From a virus, in the UHGV virus genome UHGV-0136483: 15,268 bases of DNA; one strand, written 5' to 3'. Under the pieces are notes generated by a model, which saw only the letters and a program-made list of their open reading frames with translations, ran no database searches and was not told where the DNA came from. The position numbers and the translations under genes are program-made. Positions 6,826 to 14,205 of this stretch are shown here, one piece after another; the stretch's first letter is position 1, and each line of letters begins with the position of its first letter.

Positions 6826-7107
6826 TTAGCAATTGATATTCACCTTTATCGCGTATACCTTTACCGGTTTATCGCCGAAGTGGGGATGTGTGATTGTCTT
6901 GATTTCATATCCGTCATACGGGACATCAATTCTGCGACTGAAGTCGTCGCGCTTCGGATATCCCTTCGTGATAATCAGGCGGTCATACTCCCGGAACATA
7001 ATTCGCTTATTCCAGTAGTCATTACACAAGCGATACTCTTCCGTTTTCTCCCCGCGAATCATGGCATCGAAGTATTCACCTTTAACGGCAAGTTGCAGAT
7101 TAGCCAC
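6826..7107 (-). CDS. Hypothetical early protein, about 93 aa, possibly ASCH/DUF3850-like
   Basis: A GTG at 7107-7105 overlaps the upstream stop (GTGGCTAA) and is preceded by AGGAGG with a 6-nt spacer. LQLAVKGEYFDAMIRGEKTEEYR...ITKGY is reminiscent of ASCH-type proteins; this assignment is tentative. Confidence 0.55.
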   Translation of the reverse strand: MANLQLAVKGEYFDAMIRGEKTEEYRLCNDYWNKRIMFREYDRLIITKGYPKRDDFSRRIDVPYDGYEIKTITHPHFGDKPVKVYAIKVNINC

Positions 7108-7792
7108 GGTTAACCTCCTGAGGCGGTTCTGGTAGAGGCATCCAGTGTGTGACATTGCTAATCAGACCATATTCATTAGTTTGAGGATGGTTGCCGTTAT
7201 CGTCTCCGTATTTAAGACTCTCCATAAAGCCATAATGCCTATCACCATTAACGCTCACAAAGCCGTAATAAGCAGGTATAACGCCGATCTCACACGTAAC
7301 CAGTAAAGGAAAACTAGTTCTCCAATTTAGCTCGCCGATTACAGGCATCTGCTCACTACAGCTTATCCAACCATCCGGAGTTACCGGAGAGTTGCCCGAC
7401 AGCTCGTTTAACTTGTAAGTCTGGCTTACAGGTTTGGCACCATGAAGCATGGCGGCGCGGCAGGCGTTCCAGTCTGTAGCGTATGCAGCCGCTTTGATGC
7501 TGCCTTCAACTGGCGCATCCTGCCAATATATTTCTTCCGGCACTTCCGGCGCTGGCGGCACACGATATAGCGGAATTCCTTTCCCTCCATCAGAAAATTC
7601 ATTGCGAGCGTTATACTCACGACCATCTGCGTCATCACGCATCCACGCCACCGGTTCTGCTTCCAGCGATGCCAGTGCAATTCGTGCCAGTTCTTCCGCT
7701 TCTTCTGCTGGCAGTACAACGTTGCTACCAGGTCCGTATGTTTCGCGCCACTGCTTGATTGTCAGTAGTCGCTCTTTGGTAATAGTGGTCAT
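7100..7792 (-). CDS. DUF551-like phage protein, 230 aa
   Basis: C-terminal ...HWMPLPEPPQE is the W-x-P-L-P-x-P-P tail typical of DUF551 proteins in lambdoid early regions. GAGGA RBS; ATG at 7792. Confidence 0.7.
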   Translation of the reverse strand: MTTITKERLLTIKQWRETYGPGSNVVLPAEEAEELARIALASLEAEPVAWMRDDADGREYNARNEFSDGGKGIPLYRVPPAPEVPEEIYWQDAPVEGSIKAAAYATDWNACRAAMLHGAKPVSQTYKLNELSGNSPVTPDGWISCSEQMPVIGELNWRTSFPLLVTCEIGVIPAYYGFVSVNGDRHYGFMESLKYGDDNGNHPQTNEYGLISNVTHWMPLPEPPQEVNRG

Positions 7793-7795
7793 GGG

Positions 7796-8083
7796 TTAGT
7801 CCTCATCCACTTCAACGCCATCTTTCAGCGTGATGCCGTGCCAATCATCAGCCCAACTGGTTAGCCCTGGCGCATCAATGCTAGGCATATAGACGCTTGC
7901 AGTGTGGTAGCCCTTATCGTTATCAATGCTGGCAACGTGCTCACCGTTGTATGCGCTCAGCGTGTCCAGGACGCTATAAAACTTTCCTCCGGATGCCCTG
8001 AAATCCTTTACAGCCTTCACAAGGCGATTCCACGCTTTTTCCTGTTCCGGCGTCAGGTCGATTAATTCCTGCAAAGTTGCCAT
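7796..8083 (-). CDS. Hypothetical protein, 95 aa (internal ATG of track ORF 7796-8251)
   Basis: ATG at 8083-8081 sits 1 nt after the upstream stop, with AAAGGAGAG just before it. The longer track ORF would overlap the upstream gene by 167 nt. Confidence 0.5.
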   Translation of the reverse strand: MATLQELIDLTPEQEKAWNRLVKAVKDFRASGGKFYSVLDTLSAYNGEHVASIDNDKGYHTASVYMPSIDAPGLTSWADDWHGITLKDGVEVDED

Positions 8084-8084
8084 A

Positions 8085-8945
8085 TCACTCTCCTTTGATG
8101 CGAATGCCTGCGGCGCGGAAAAGTTGAACATCACCATTTTCTGAATTTCTTTCGCTCCAGATGAGAGATGTCTCCCTTCCTCGTTCATTGATGTACTTAA
8201 GATTTCTCTCGTCAGTGAAGCATGCCAACTTGAAATTAACTGGGGATGCATAAAGCGCTACCGCATTATCTCCCCACTGCTCAACAGCATAGTTTTCGTT
8301 CTTGGTGAATATTGGTCCAAATGTAGTAATATCGTCGCTTCTCATCCACGCCACAGGTCGCATGGATTTAGATTGTAGTTCTGCCAGACGTTTCTCTGCG
8401 GCTTCCAGCTTCTCGCGCATATCGTCAACGTACTCGACCAGAGAACCGCCAGCAGGAATTTCGCACTCCTCGACCAGTTGGAAGTAGATATCAGCTGCGG
8501 CCCGTGTGTTGCTATGCCTAGCGTCGCCCATCTCACCTTCACGAAGAGCATCGCGTTCGGCGGTAAGATTGGCTATTTTGCTGTCTTTGCCTTCCAGCTC
8601 AACGCGCAGCCTCCCAACCGTAAGCGCAATATCCTCGTTCTCCTGGTCGCGGCGTTTGATGTATTGCTGGTTTCTTTCCAGTTCATCCAGCAGCGCCAAG
8701 ACGGTAGCCGGATTGGCTGCGGCGATGAATTCAGCATTGGCCTGCTGTTCTATTTGGAAATCTTCATCGAAACCGCTTTCAGGATGCGCTCCTTCAATTC
8801 TGCAAATGGGAATATATCCAGCAGCCTCGCGATGAATTAGTGCATCATCACCATCAAATCGGCCCTCTCCATACTCGAGAGACCACTCGCCACACGTTGC
8901 TTTTTCTGCCTTAGCACGCAGTGCCTGATAATCAATCTTGCTCAC
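8085..8945 (-). CDS. Ead/Ea22-like early protein with a central coiled coil, 286 aa
   Basis: GTG start overlaps the upstream stop (GTGA) and is preceded by AAAGGAGG. N-terminus [21 protein letters not shown] and a heptad-like central region resemble Ead/Ea22-like prophage proteins, from memory. Confidence 0.7.
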   Translation of the reverse strand: MSKIDYQALRAKAEKATCGEWSLEYGEGRFDGDDALIHREAAGYIPICRIEGAHPESGFDEDFQIEQQANAEFIAAANPATVLALLDELERNQQYIKRRDQENEDIALTVGRLRVELEGKDSKIANLTAERDALREGEMGDARHSNTRAAADIYFQLVEECEIPAGGSLVEYVDDMREKLEAAEKRLAELQSKSMRPVAWMRSDDITTFGPIFTKNENYAVEQWGDNAVALYASPVNFKLACFTDERNLKYINERGRETSLIWSERNSENGDVQLFRAAGIRIKGE

Positions 8946-9541
8946 TGGTTGCCTCCTTTGCGAAGCTGGTCGGCGAACAAACGTACACCAGACGCTTCAC
9001 TGCGTAGAAACTTAACGGCATAATCAAAACCACCTCGTTCTGCGTCGTCTGCTCCGTTGTCGAGGTTATCTGCGTACATCTCTACCCCCTGCGCCCGTAC
9101 TTCAGCCAGGAATGCGTAGGTGGCTGTGGTCTCGATTTCTGGCTTGGCATATACCGGCCAGCAATCAGTTCCATCGGAGTTTTTGTGTCCTGCCTCGTCA
9201 TGAACATCAAGATATTCACCGCATGGGAGCGGGTCTTCCCAGCTTGGTGGAATAGCGTGCCAGGATAGATATGCTTGAGGCTTATCAAACGCACCCTTCA
9301 GCCCCGCATTCTCCGCCGCCAGCGCCGAAAACTTCTCGTGTGCCAACTTAACAGCCGCATCAGCCTGCTTAATTGACTCAATCGCTTTCTGGTGGTCTTC
9401 GGACAGAGCCGAAATCTTGGCCTCCGCTTCAGCAAATTTACGCACCAGATACTCAGCGTTTGTTTCGTTAACCTTTAAATCACTTGGGATGCATTTACCT
9501 TTCAGAAAACCATCCATCTCAATTAGTGACATTTGTTTCAT
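8942..9541 (-). CDS. Hypothetical early protein, 199 aa from the ATG at 9541 (the track start at 9559 is a GTG)
   Basis: ATG at 9541-9539 overlaps the upstream stop (ATGA). Coiled-coil-like N-terminal half and an acidic C-terminal half. Confidence 0.65.
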   Translation of the reverse strand: MKQMSLIEMDGFLKGKCIPSDLKVNETNAEYLVRKFAEAEAKISALSEDHQKAIESIKQADAAVKLAHEKFSALAAENAGLKGAFDKPQAYLSWHAIPPSWEDPLPCGEYLDVHDEAGHKNSDGTDCWPVYAKPEIETTATYAFLAEVRAQGVEMYADNLDNGADDAERGGFDYAVKFLRSEASGVRLFADQLRKGGNQ

Positions 9542-9702
9542 TTTTTCCCACTCCGCCACATCGCATTCAGATATTTGTTGTCATTAACAGAACCGAAACT
9601 ATTTCTCTTAAGCAATTCCTCTCTCGATGGCATTGGCTTTAGGCGTTGGCGAATAATCATTTCTGCCGGAAGAATGCCGGGATTGTATGCAAGTCCTCTC
9701 AT
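9538..9702 (-). CDS. Small hypothetical protein, 54 aa (internal ATG of track ORF 9538-9855)
   Basis: ATG at 9702-9700 is preceded by GAGGAA with a 6-nt spacer and lies just after the upstream stop (9713-9715). The longer track ORF would overlap the upstream gene. Confidence 0.35.
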   Translation of the reverse strand: MRGLAYNPGILPAEMIIRQRLKPMPSREELLKRNSFGSVNDNKYLNAMWRSGKK

Positions 9703-9712
9703 GGTAAATTCC

Positions 9713-10009
9713 TCAGTCATTACTGATAGCGCCATAGCGTGAGCGGTAATTACGCAGGCGCGGGTCGATATATTCAGGGAAGTGGGTATATGTGGCTTTG
9801 CGGAATGGTCGGATTGATGTCTGGTAAATTCGCTCGCGTTCTTCTTTCTCTGCAAGCCATATACAATGGCGAAATTCCTTTTCCTCTTTCGTTTCCTGCG
9901 GTAGCGACATTATCAGGTCGTAGTTTTTTCTGAATTTATCCAGCACCTCCGATACGGAATTGCCGGAACAGCGGCGCGCGTCATCCGCACCATACAAAGG
10001 CGCTGGCAT
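9713..10009 (-). CDS. Hypothetical early protein, 98 aa
   Basis: ATG at 10009 with AAGGA 8 nt upstream. No family recognised. Confidence 0.6.
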   Translation of the reverse strand: MPAPLYGADDARRCSGNSVSEVLDKFRKNYDLIMSLPQETKEEKEFRHCIWLAEKEERERIYQTSIRPFRKATYTHFPEYIDPRLRNYRSRYGAISND

Positions 10010-10032
10010 AATTAAATCCTTATTTTTCTAAA

Positions 10033-10416
10033 TCAGAATGGGATGGAATCGTCGTATTCAGGATGATTTTGATGATTGCTACTTTGCTGCTGTTGGCTGT
10101 TTCCTGAAGTTGCAAATCCAATCTTTGCATTCAGTAATTCAAGAGTGATTGATTGACCATTTTGCCCCTGATAAACATCAACCCTGATGTTTTCTCCGGT
10201 AATTTCTACAATGCCACCTTCAACAAGAACACTACGGTAGTAATCCGCTTGCGCTCCCGGCTTGGCAAATACAACGGCGCTGTAGTTTGTCCATTCTTTC
10301 TTTTTTGTCTGGCGATCGTAATACTGAACGCCAGCACGGATGTTGAATCCGATATTTTCCCCGGCCTGAAACTCTCTTGCGGGCTTGTTTAGTCTTACAG
10401 TAATCGAATGTGCCAT
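10033..10416 (-). CDS. Phage SSB-like protein, 127 aa, with an acidic C-terminal ...EYDDSIPF tail
   Basis: ATG at 10416-10414 overlaps the erf stop (TAATG). The C-terminal DDSIPF mimics the conserved bacterial SSB tail (DDDIPF); a Gln/Ser-rich linker precedes it. The track ORF start at 10506 lies inside erf. Confidence 0.6.
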   Translation of the reverse strand: MAHSITVRLNKPAREFQAGENIGFNIRAGVQYYDRQTKKKEWTNYSAVVFAKPGAQADYYRSVLVEGGIVEITGENIRVDVYQGQNGQSITLELLNAKIGFATSGNSQQQQSSNHQNHPEYDDSIPF

Positions 10417-11021
10417 TAAGCAGCCGCTCCTTCTAATTCTTCTCGTCTGATGTTGTAAACGTCCTGCGCTTTGTGCTGCTCCGGTGTGCCTTCGAGCATC
10501 TTCCACGCTTTGGCGAACGCCTGTTTAAGCTCTTCCACGGTGTTTTTCTGCATTGCTGCGTCAGTGAATGCTTTTAGAACCTGTTCAGGTGTAGGTGATG
10601 GTTTTGATTGCTTTGCTGCTGCGTTCTGCTGATGTTTATGCTCGTCTGTATCTGCATCTTTCGCATCATCTATGCCGAACAAACCATTGAGGCAATACTT
10701 GCGCGCATAAGAACTTGTAGCTCCCGTAACTTGTGCAGAATCCATTCCTTTCTTGCTTTCTTCCTCTCGTGCAAGAGCGGTTGCTGTATGACTGTTTTCG
10801 CCATCGGTAATAGTTGCCGTGGCTTTCACGTAATACCGATCACCAATCAACACAACTTCATCGCTGATTGATAAAAACAGGCCATTCAGTAACGGCTTAA
10901 CGCCTTCAAGAATGTCTTCGCAGCTTCTGTATTTATATTTGCCGAATGAGTTGTACTGATTCTTTGGCGCGTTCAGATTCTCCTGAATAGCTGCCAGTCT
11001 TGCGTAAAATTCTTTGCTCAT
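10416..11021 (-). CDS. erf: Erf single-strand annealing recombinase (P22 Erf-like), 201 aa from MSKEF
   Basis: MSKEFYARLAAIQENLNAPKNQYNSFGKYKYRSCEDILEGVKPLL...YARKYCLNGLFGIDD closely matches my recollection of P22 Erf. The track start at 11051 is a TTG; the ATG is at 11021. Confidence 0.9.
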   Translation of the reverse strand: MSKEFYARLAAIQENLNAPKNQYNSFGKYKYRSCEDILEGVKPLLNGLFLSISDEVVLIGDRYYVKATATITDGENSHTATALAREEESKKGMDSAQVTGATSSYARKYCLNGLFGIDDAKDADTDEHKHQQNAAAKQSKPSPTPEQVLKAFTDAAMQKNTVEELKQAFAKAWKMLEGTPEQHKAQDVYNIRREELEGAAA

Positions 11022-11031
11022 ATGATTGTTC

Positions 11032-11202
11032 TCAGAATGGACACGGCCCAAGGAAATAACGCTGATTTAATACTTCGACTCGGGACAAATTAAGGCATAC
11101 CCGCATTCCTTCGCGGTCACCCTTCTGGCGATACATTAACGCCTGCTGCGTGTACATGCGTCTCTGTAACTTGCTCTCCTTCACTGTGGTTGCAAGTGAC
11201 AT
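11032..11202 (-). CDS. Small hypothetical protein, 56 aa; one of two overlapping candidates between kil and erf
   Basis: ATG at 11202 is preceded by a near-ideal AAGGAG with a 6-nt spacer; the stop lies 10 nt before the erf ATG. Overlaps candidate 11117-11281 in another frame. Confidence 0.35.
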   Translation of the reverse strand: MSLATTVKESKLQRRMYTQQALMYRQKGDREGMRVCLNLSRVEVLNQRYFLGPCPF

Positions 11203-11281
11203 GAATATCTCCTTCGTTACCAATTAATTCTTTCATCTGACGAATGAATTCTTTGTCTGACCAGTTATCTGTAAAACTCAT
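11117..11281 (-). CDS. Small hypothetical protein, 54 aa; the alternative candidate, translationally coupled to kil
   Basis: ATG at 11281-11279 overlaps the kil stop (ATGA). Product MSFTDNWSDKEFIRQMKELIGNEGDIHVTCNHSEGEQVTETHVHAAGVNVSPEG. Below the track cutoff. Confidence 0.35.
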   Translation of the reverse strand: MSFTDNWSDKEFIRQMKELIGNEGDIHVTCNHSEGEQVTETHVHAAGVNVSPEG

Positions 11282-11400
11282 TTCCTGCGATACCACGGAA
11301 GGTTGATAGCTGATTTCATCGCTTTATTTGCTTCAAGCCACATTTTTGAATCACCAATAAATCTGGCTATTACTGCTTTGTTCTGTGCAGCACGAAGCAT
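11278..11400 (-). CDS. kil: Kil-like host-killing / cell-division inhibitor, 40 aa
   Basis: MLRAAQNKAVIARFIGDSKMWLEANKAMKSAINLPWYRRK; the ...IARFIGDSKMWLEA... core resembles lambda Kil, and the gene sits directly downstream of cIII as in lambda. No strong SD. Below the track cutoff. Confidence 0.55.
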   Translation of the reverse strand: MLRAAQNKAVIARFIGDSKMWLEANKAMKSAINLPWYRRK

Positions 11401-11414
11401 CTGGTGATTGATGG

Positions 11415-11546
11415 CTATTTCATTGCGCATAATAAGACCTCAACTCTTTTCCATCCGTCACGTAATTTACGGGTGATTCGTTCAAGTAAAGATTCATTTA
11501 ATTGGAAGGCACCCATGCGAGCGCCTCCCGCGATTGCGTAAATCAT
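11415..11546 (-). CDS. cIII: CIII-like protein (protects CII from FtsH), 43 aa
   Basis: MIYAIAGGARMGAFQLNESLLERITRKLRDGWKRVEVLLCAMK; ESLLERITRKLRDGWKR matches the conserved core of lambda CIII as I recall it. AAGGAA lies 7 nt upstream of the ATG at 11546. Below the track cutoff. Confidence 0.8.
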   Translation of the reverse strand: MIYAIAGGARMGAFQLNESLLERITRKLRDGWKRVEVLLCAMK

Positions 11547-11570
11547 GGGTGGTTCCTTATGTTGGTTTTA

Positions 11571-12539
11571 TTAGTAGGTTATTTTTGTTGCGAATACTTC
11601 GCCTTTTACGATGGCTGTTATGATATTTTTAGCAACATCTTCTGATGCGCCAACCTTGATAAGGTCAGCAAGTATTTTGTTATTTACTTCTTTCCGGTGA
11701 GCTTTATCCTTTGCTCTGTGCTCTTCTTCGTCCTTGATTCTTTTTTCTTCTGCGATTCTGGCTTGCTCTTTTGCTTCAGCCTCGCGCCGGATTCGTTCAG
11801 CCTCCTCCTGTGCTTTTCGGCGTTCTGCTTCAATTGCCGCCTGCTTTTCTCTTTCAGCTCGTTCTGCTGCCTCTTTTGCTTCGCGCTGTGCTCGTTGCTC
11901 GGCTTCAATGCGTTCACGCTCTGCACGTTCCGCTGCGGCCTTAGCTTCTGCTTCTCGCCTTGCTGCTGCTTCAATTTCGGCTTTTGCCTTTGCTTCGGCT
12001 TCTGCTCTGGCTTTCTCTTCAGCTTCTCTTTTTAAGCGTTCTTCATGCTCTCGCTTTTCCTGCTCCGCTTTGAGTCTTGCCTCTTCTCTTTGGCGGTCAA
12101 ATTCGCGATCCATCAAAATCGCTATTTCATGGTCAGACTCAATTTGCTTTGCGAGAGCTTCAGCTGCTGCCTTAGCTTCTTCTTCGGCTTTAATCCGCGC
12201 CTGTTCCTCTTCATAATCAGTAAGAGGCTGGCGTGCCTTGGCTTTCAGTTCATCAAGGCGATCGCGCACTGTCTTGCGGTTGGCATCAATTAGCTTTGGA
12301 ATTTCCTTCAGTTCAGCAACAAGGTCTTTTCCAAGACCATCGAGATATGTTTTCGTCTGCGCAACTTTATACGCCAGAGAAGCGATCTCCTTTCTGCCCT
12401 TTGCCGTTGTGATATCAGGCACAAAGGACATAACTTCACGTTCAACCTTTTGAAGGATTTCTTCAATCTGGTCGGCAGACTGAAATACAGTCATTGCATT
12501 TGATTTTTCAATAACAACTAAATCTGTTACTTCACCCAT
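11571..12539 (-). CDS. Highly charged Ala/Glu/Arg/Lys-rich coiled-coil protein, 322 aa, with a globular N-terminal domain of about 110 aa; function unknown
   Basis: ATG at 12539 with GAAGGAGG RBS. Residues from about 120 to 290 are almost entirely AEEKAR/AEAEAKAK-type repeats. The plus-strand ORFs across 11697-12453 are low-complexity artefacts of this gene. Confidence 0.75.
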   Translation of the reverse strand: MGEVTDLVVIEKSNAMTVFQSADQIEEILQKVEREVMSFVPDITTAKGRKEIASLAYKVAQTKTYLDGLGKDLVAELKEIPKLIDANRKTVRDRLDELKAKARQPLTDYEEEQARIKAEEEAKAAAEALAKQIESDHEIAILMDREFDRQREEARLKAEQEKREHEERLKREAEEKARAEAEAKAKAEIEAAARREAEAKAAAERAERERIEAEQRAQREAKEAAERAEREKQAAIEAERRKAQEEAERIRREAEAKEQARIAEEKRIKDEEEHRAKDKAHRKEVNNKILADLIKVGASEDVAKNIITAIVKGEVFATKITY

Positions 12540-12573
12540 ATATCCTCCTTCGTTGTATTCTTTAAAAACGCAC

Positions 12574-12942
12574 TCAGGCGGCCTTGATAGTCATATCATC
12601 TGAATCAAATATTCCTGATGTATCGATATCGGTAATTCTTATTCCTTCGCTACCATCCATTGGAGGCCATCCTTCCTGACCATTTCCATCATTCCAGTCG
12701 AACTCACACACAACACCATATGCATTTAAGTCGCTTGAAATTGCTATAAGCAGAGCATGTTGCGCCAGCATGATTAATACAGCATTTAATACAGAGCCGT
12801 GTTTATTGAGTCGGTATTCAGAGTCTGACCAGAAATTATTAATCTGGTGAAGTTTTTCCTCTGTCATTACGTCATGGTCGATTTCAATTTCTATTGATGC
12901 TTTCCAGTCGTAATCAATGATGTATTTTTTGATGTTTGACAT
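12574..12942 (-). CDS. Hypothetical early protein, 122 aa; same size and position as lambda ea10, but the assignment is tentative
   Basis: ATG at 12942 with GAGGA 9 nt upstream; acidic C-terminus. Identification is by synteny and length only. Confidence 0.55.
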   Translation of the reverse strand: MSNIKKYIIDYDWKASIEIEIDHDVMTEEKLHQINNFWSDSEYRLNKHGSVLNAVLIMLAQHALLIAISSDLNAYGVVCEFDWNDGNGQEGWPPMDGSEGIRITDIDTSGIFDSDDMTIKAA

Positions 12943-12960
12943 CTGTTCATATCCTCATAG

Positions 12961-12988
12961 ATAAAAAATCGCCCTCACATTGGAGGGC
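12961..12988 (-). terminator. Rho-independent terminator in the leftward operon (tL1-like)
   Basis: Minus strand: perfect 6-bp stem GCCCTC / GAGGGC (12983-12988 / 12971-12976) with a 6-nt loop, followed by GATTTTTTAT (complement of the A6 run at 12963-12968). Confidence 0.55.
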
Positions 12989-13124
12989 AAAGAAGATTTC
13001 CAATAATCAGAACAAGTCGGCTCCTGTTTAGTTACGAGCGACATTGCTCCGTGTATTCACTCGTTGGAATGAATACACAGTGCAGTGTTTATTCTGTTGT
13101 TTATGCCAAAAATAAAGGCCACCG

Positions 13125-13376
13125 TCAGGCAGCCTTGTTGTAAATGTTGCAGGTATCAAGTAAGTAATTAGATGGAGCGCCATAAATTATGAATTCATCG
13201 TTTGTCGGGTCCATCTCCATCTCTTGACCTATTGCCATTCTTGCGTCAGTGTCATCAGAGGCGAAGCATAAAACAGCCCACGCAACCATTGTTTTAAAAA
13301 GAACTGCAATTGGCTGTGGTTTTACTGAATTTGCGTTAGCGCGAAAATCACAAATCGCACTTTCATGAAACTCCAT
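13125..13376 (-). CDS. Hypothetical protein, 83 aa, immediately downstream of N (the position occupied by ral in lambda)
   Basis: ATG at 13376 with GAGGTGA RBS; the protein ends ...NKAA as lambda Ral does. No confident family. Confidence 0.5.
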   Translation of the reverse strand: MEFHESAICDFRANANSVKPQPIAVLFKTMVAWAVLCFASDDTDARMAIGQEMEMDPTNDEFIIYGAPSNYLLDTCNIYNKAA

Positions 13377-13384
13377 ATCTCACC

Positions 13385-13684
13385 TCAAATAAGTGGTTTG
13401 CTGCCTAATTTCATTTTCTGGCGACCAACACAAGTCACACCCATTTCACTGCGTGGCTTGCGGTAGTAAATACGATTCTGTTTACTCTCGACTTCTTCTG
13501 CCTTCTTGCAGAGAAGGCTTCCGAGTGATGCTGCTTTATCTGCTCTGACGCAACCAGAGAGCTTTAGCGCAATCTTTCGCGCCAGTCGCTGTTCTTGCAT
13601 TGCCTGTTCACGTTGAGCCTGTCTGCGTGCTCTGCGGCGATTTCTGGCGTTATCGTCAGCCAGATATGTAATGACTACTGTCAT
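13385..13684 (-). CDS. N: N-like transcription antiterminator, 99 aa
   Basis: Arg-rich motif NARNRRRARRQAQREQ near the N-terminus and a C-terminal ...RIYYRKPRSEMGVTCVGRQKMKLGSKPLI resembling the lambda N C-terminus. GGAGG RBS; ATG at 13684. Confidence 0.85.
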   Translation of the reverse strand: MTVVITYLADDNARNRRRARRQAQREQAMQEQRLARKIALKLSGCVRADKAASLGSLLCKKAEEVESKQNRIYYRKPRSEMGVTCVGRQKMKLGSKPLI

Positions 13685-13999
13685 GTTGACCTCCGATGAA
13701 ACAACTTTGGAATTTTTTTTATTACAAAGTGGTTTCCTTCCCCGCCAATTAGACGGGGATGGAAGAGCATTTATGAGCCTTCATGGACTCTGCTCGATCA
13801 GTTCTATTTAATTAATCTCTCAACTGAATGTAAGTATTCACATAAATCCTCCTACCTCTTGTGCAGCTTTCTTGAATATGGTGGCGACTGCATAACGCCT
13901 ATGGAATTGACTTTGGCGGTGACGCGCCGGGTGCTTATCTTCCGGTTGCCGTCGTGCAGCTGCACTTCACGTCACCCCAAAGCCAACTACTCTTTGGTT

Positions 14000-14040
14000 C
14001 CCGCATTTCGGCGGGACAATCCCATCAATGTTAAAGAGCC
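14000..14040 (-). promoter_or_regulatory. nutL: boxA (GCTCTTTAACA, 14029-14039) and boxB hairpin (CCCGCC-GAAAT-GCGGG, 14000-14015) on the minus strand
   Basis: boxA matches the rrn/lambdoid boxA consensus; the boxB stem-loop is identical to the one in nutR at 15156-15171. It lies in the pL leader about 315 nt upstream of N. Confidence 0.6.
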
Positions 14041-14080
14041 TGCCAATCTGTTCCGTTTGGCTACCAGCGTCCTGCTGATG

Positions 14081-14166
14081 GCTTAAATTTAAGATCTCTT
14101 TAATTAATGGTCAAGAGTATTTTTGAAGAAAACTTAAATTTTCTTTCGTAACTTAAGTTTGGCTTT
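14081..14166 (-). promoter_or_regulatory. OL/pL region: P22-type 18-bp operator atttaagatctctttaat (14087-14104), weaker operator-like sites to 14166, and a candidate pL (-35 TTGACC = complement of 14109-14114)
   Basis: The 14087-14104 site fits the same ANTNAAG-N4-CTTNANT pattern as the three OR operators. Further palindromes are cttaaatttaag (14082-14093) and aacttaagtt (14149-14158). The -10 is inferred (TTAAAT/TAAATT) and overlaps the operator. Confidence 0.5.
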
Positions 14167-14182
14167 GATTTTTAAAGGAAAT

Positions 14183-14205
14183 AAAAAAAAGGGGCGAATG
14201 CCCCC
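14183..14205 (-). terminator. Rho-independent terminator immediately after the c2 repressor gene
   Basis: Minus strand: stem GGGGC / GCCCC (14201-14205 / 14191-14195) with a 5-nt loop, followed by T8 (complement of the A8 run at 14183-14190), abutting the c2 stop at 14206-14208. Confidence 0.5.

Noticed and set aside
7426-7799. Overlapping ORFs on both strands (7426-7719 minus, 7449-7799 plus)
   Set aside because: Embedded in the DUF551-like gene in other frames or antisense; compositionally odd products and no initiation signals.
8302-8840. Plus-strand ORFs 8302-8487, 8478-8840, 8506-8835 and minus-strand 8342-8551
   Set aside because: Antisense to, or alternative frames of, the 286-aa early gene; no RBS, and the surrounding genes form a coherent coupled minus-strand operon.
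9082-9294. Minus-strand 70-aa ORF, and plus-strand ORFs 9533-9742, 9739-9933 and 10153-10392
   Set aside because: Alternative frames or antisense within better-supported early genes; no initiation signals.
11697-12453. Four plus-strand ORFs (11697-12035, 11734-12216, 12045-12293, 12238-12453) encoding Ser/Ala/Phe/Cys/Leu-rich products
   Set aside because: They lie antisense to the coiled-coil gene, and their composition is what the complement of GAA/GCA/AAG-rich repeats produces. No RBS; judged low-complexity artefacts.
13859-14086. Plus-strand 75-aa ORF
   Set aside because: It overlaps nutL and the pL leader on the opposite strand, has no RBS, and sits where lambdoid phages have an untranslated leader.
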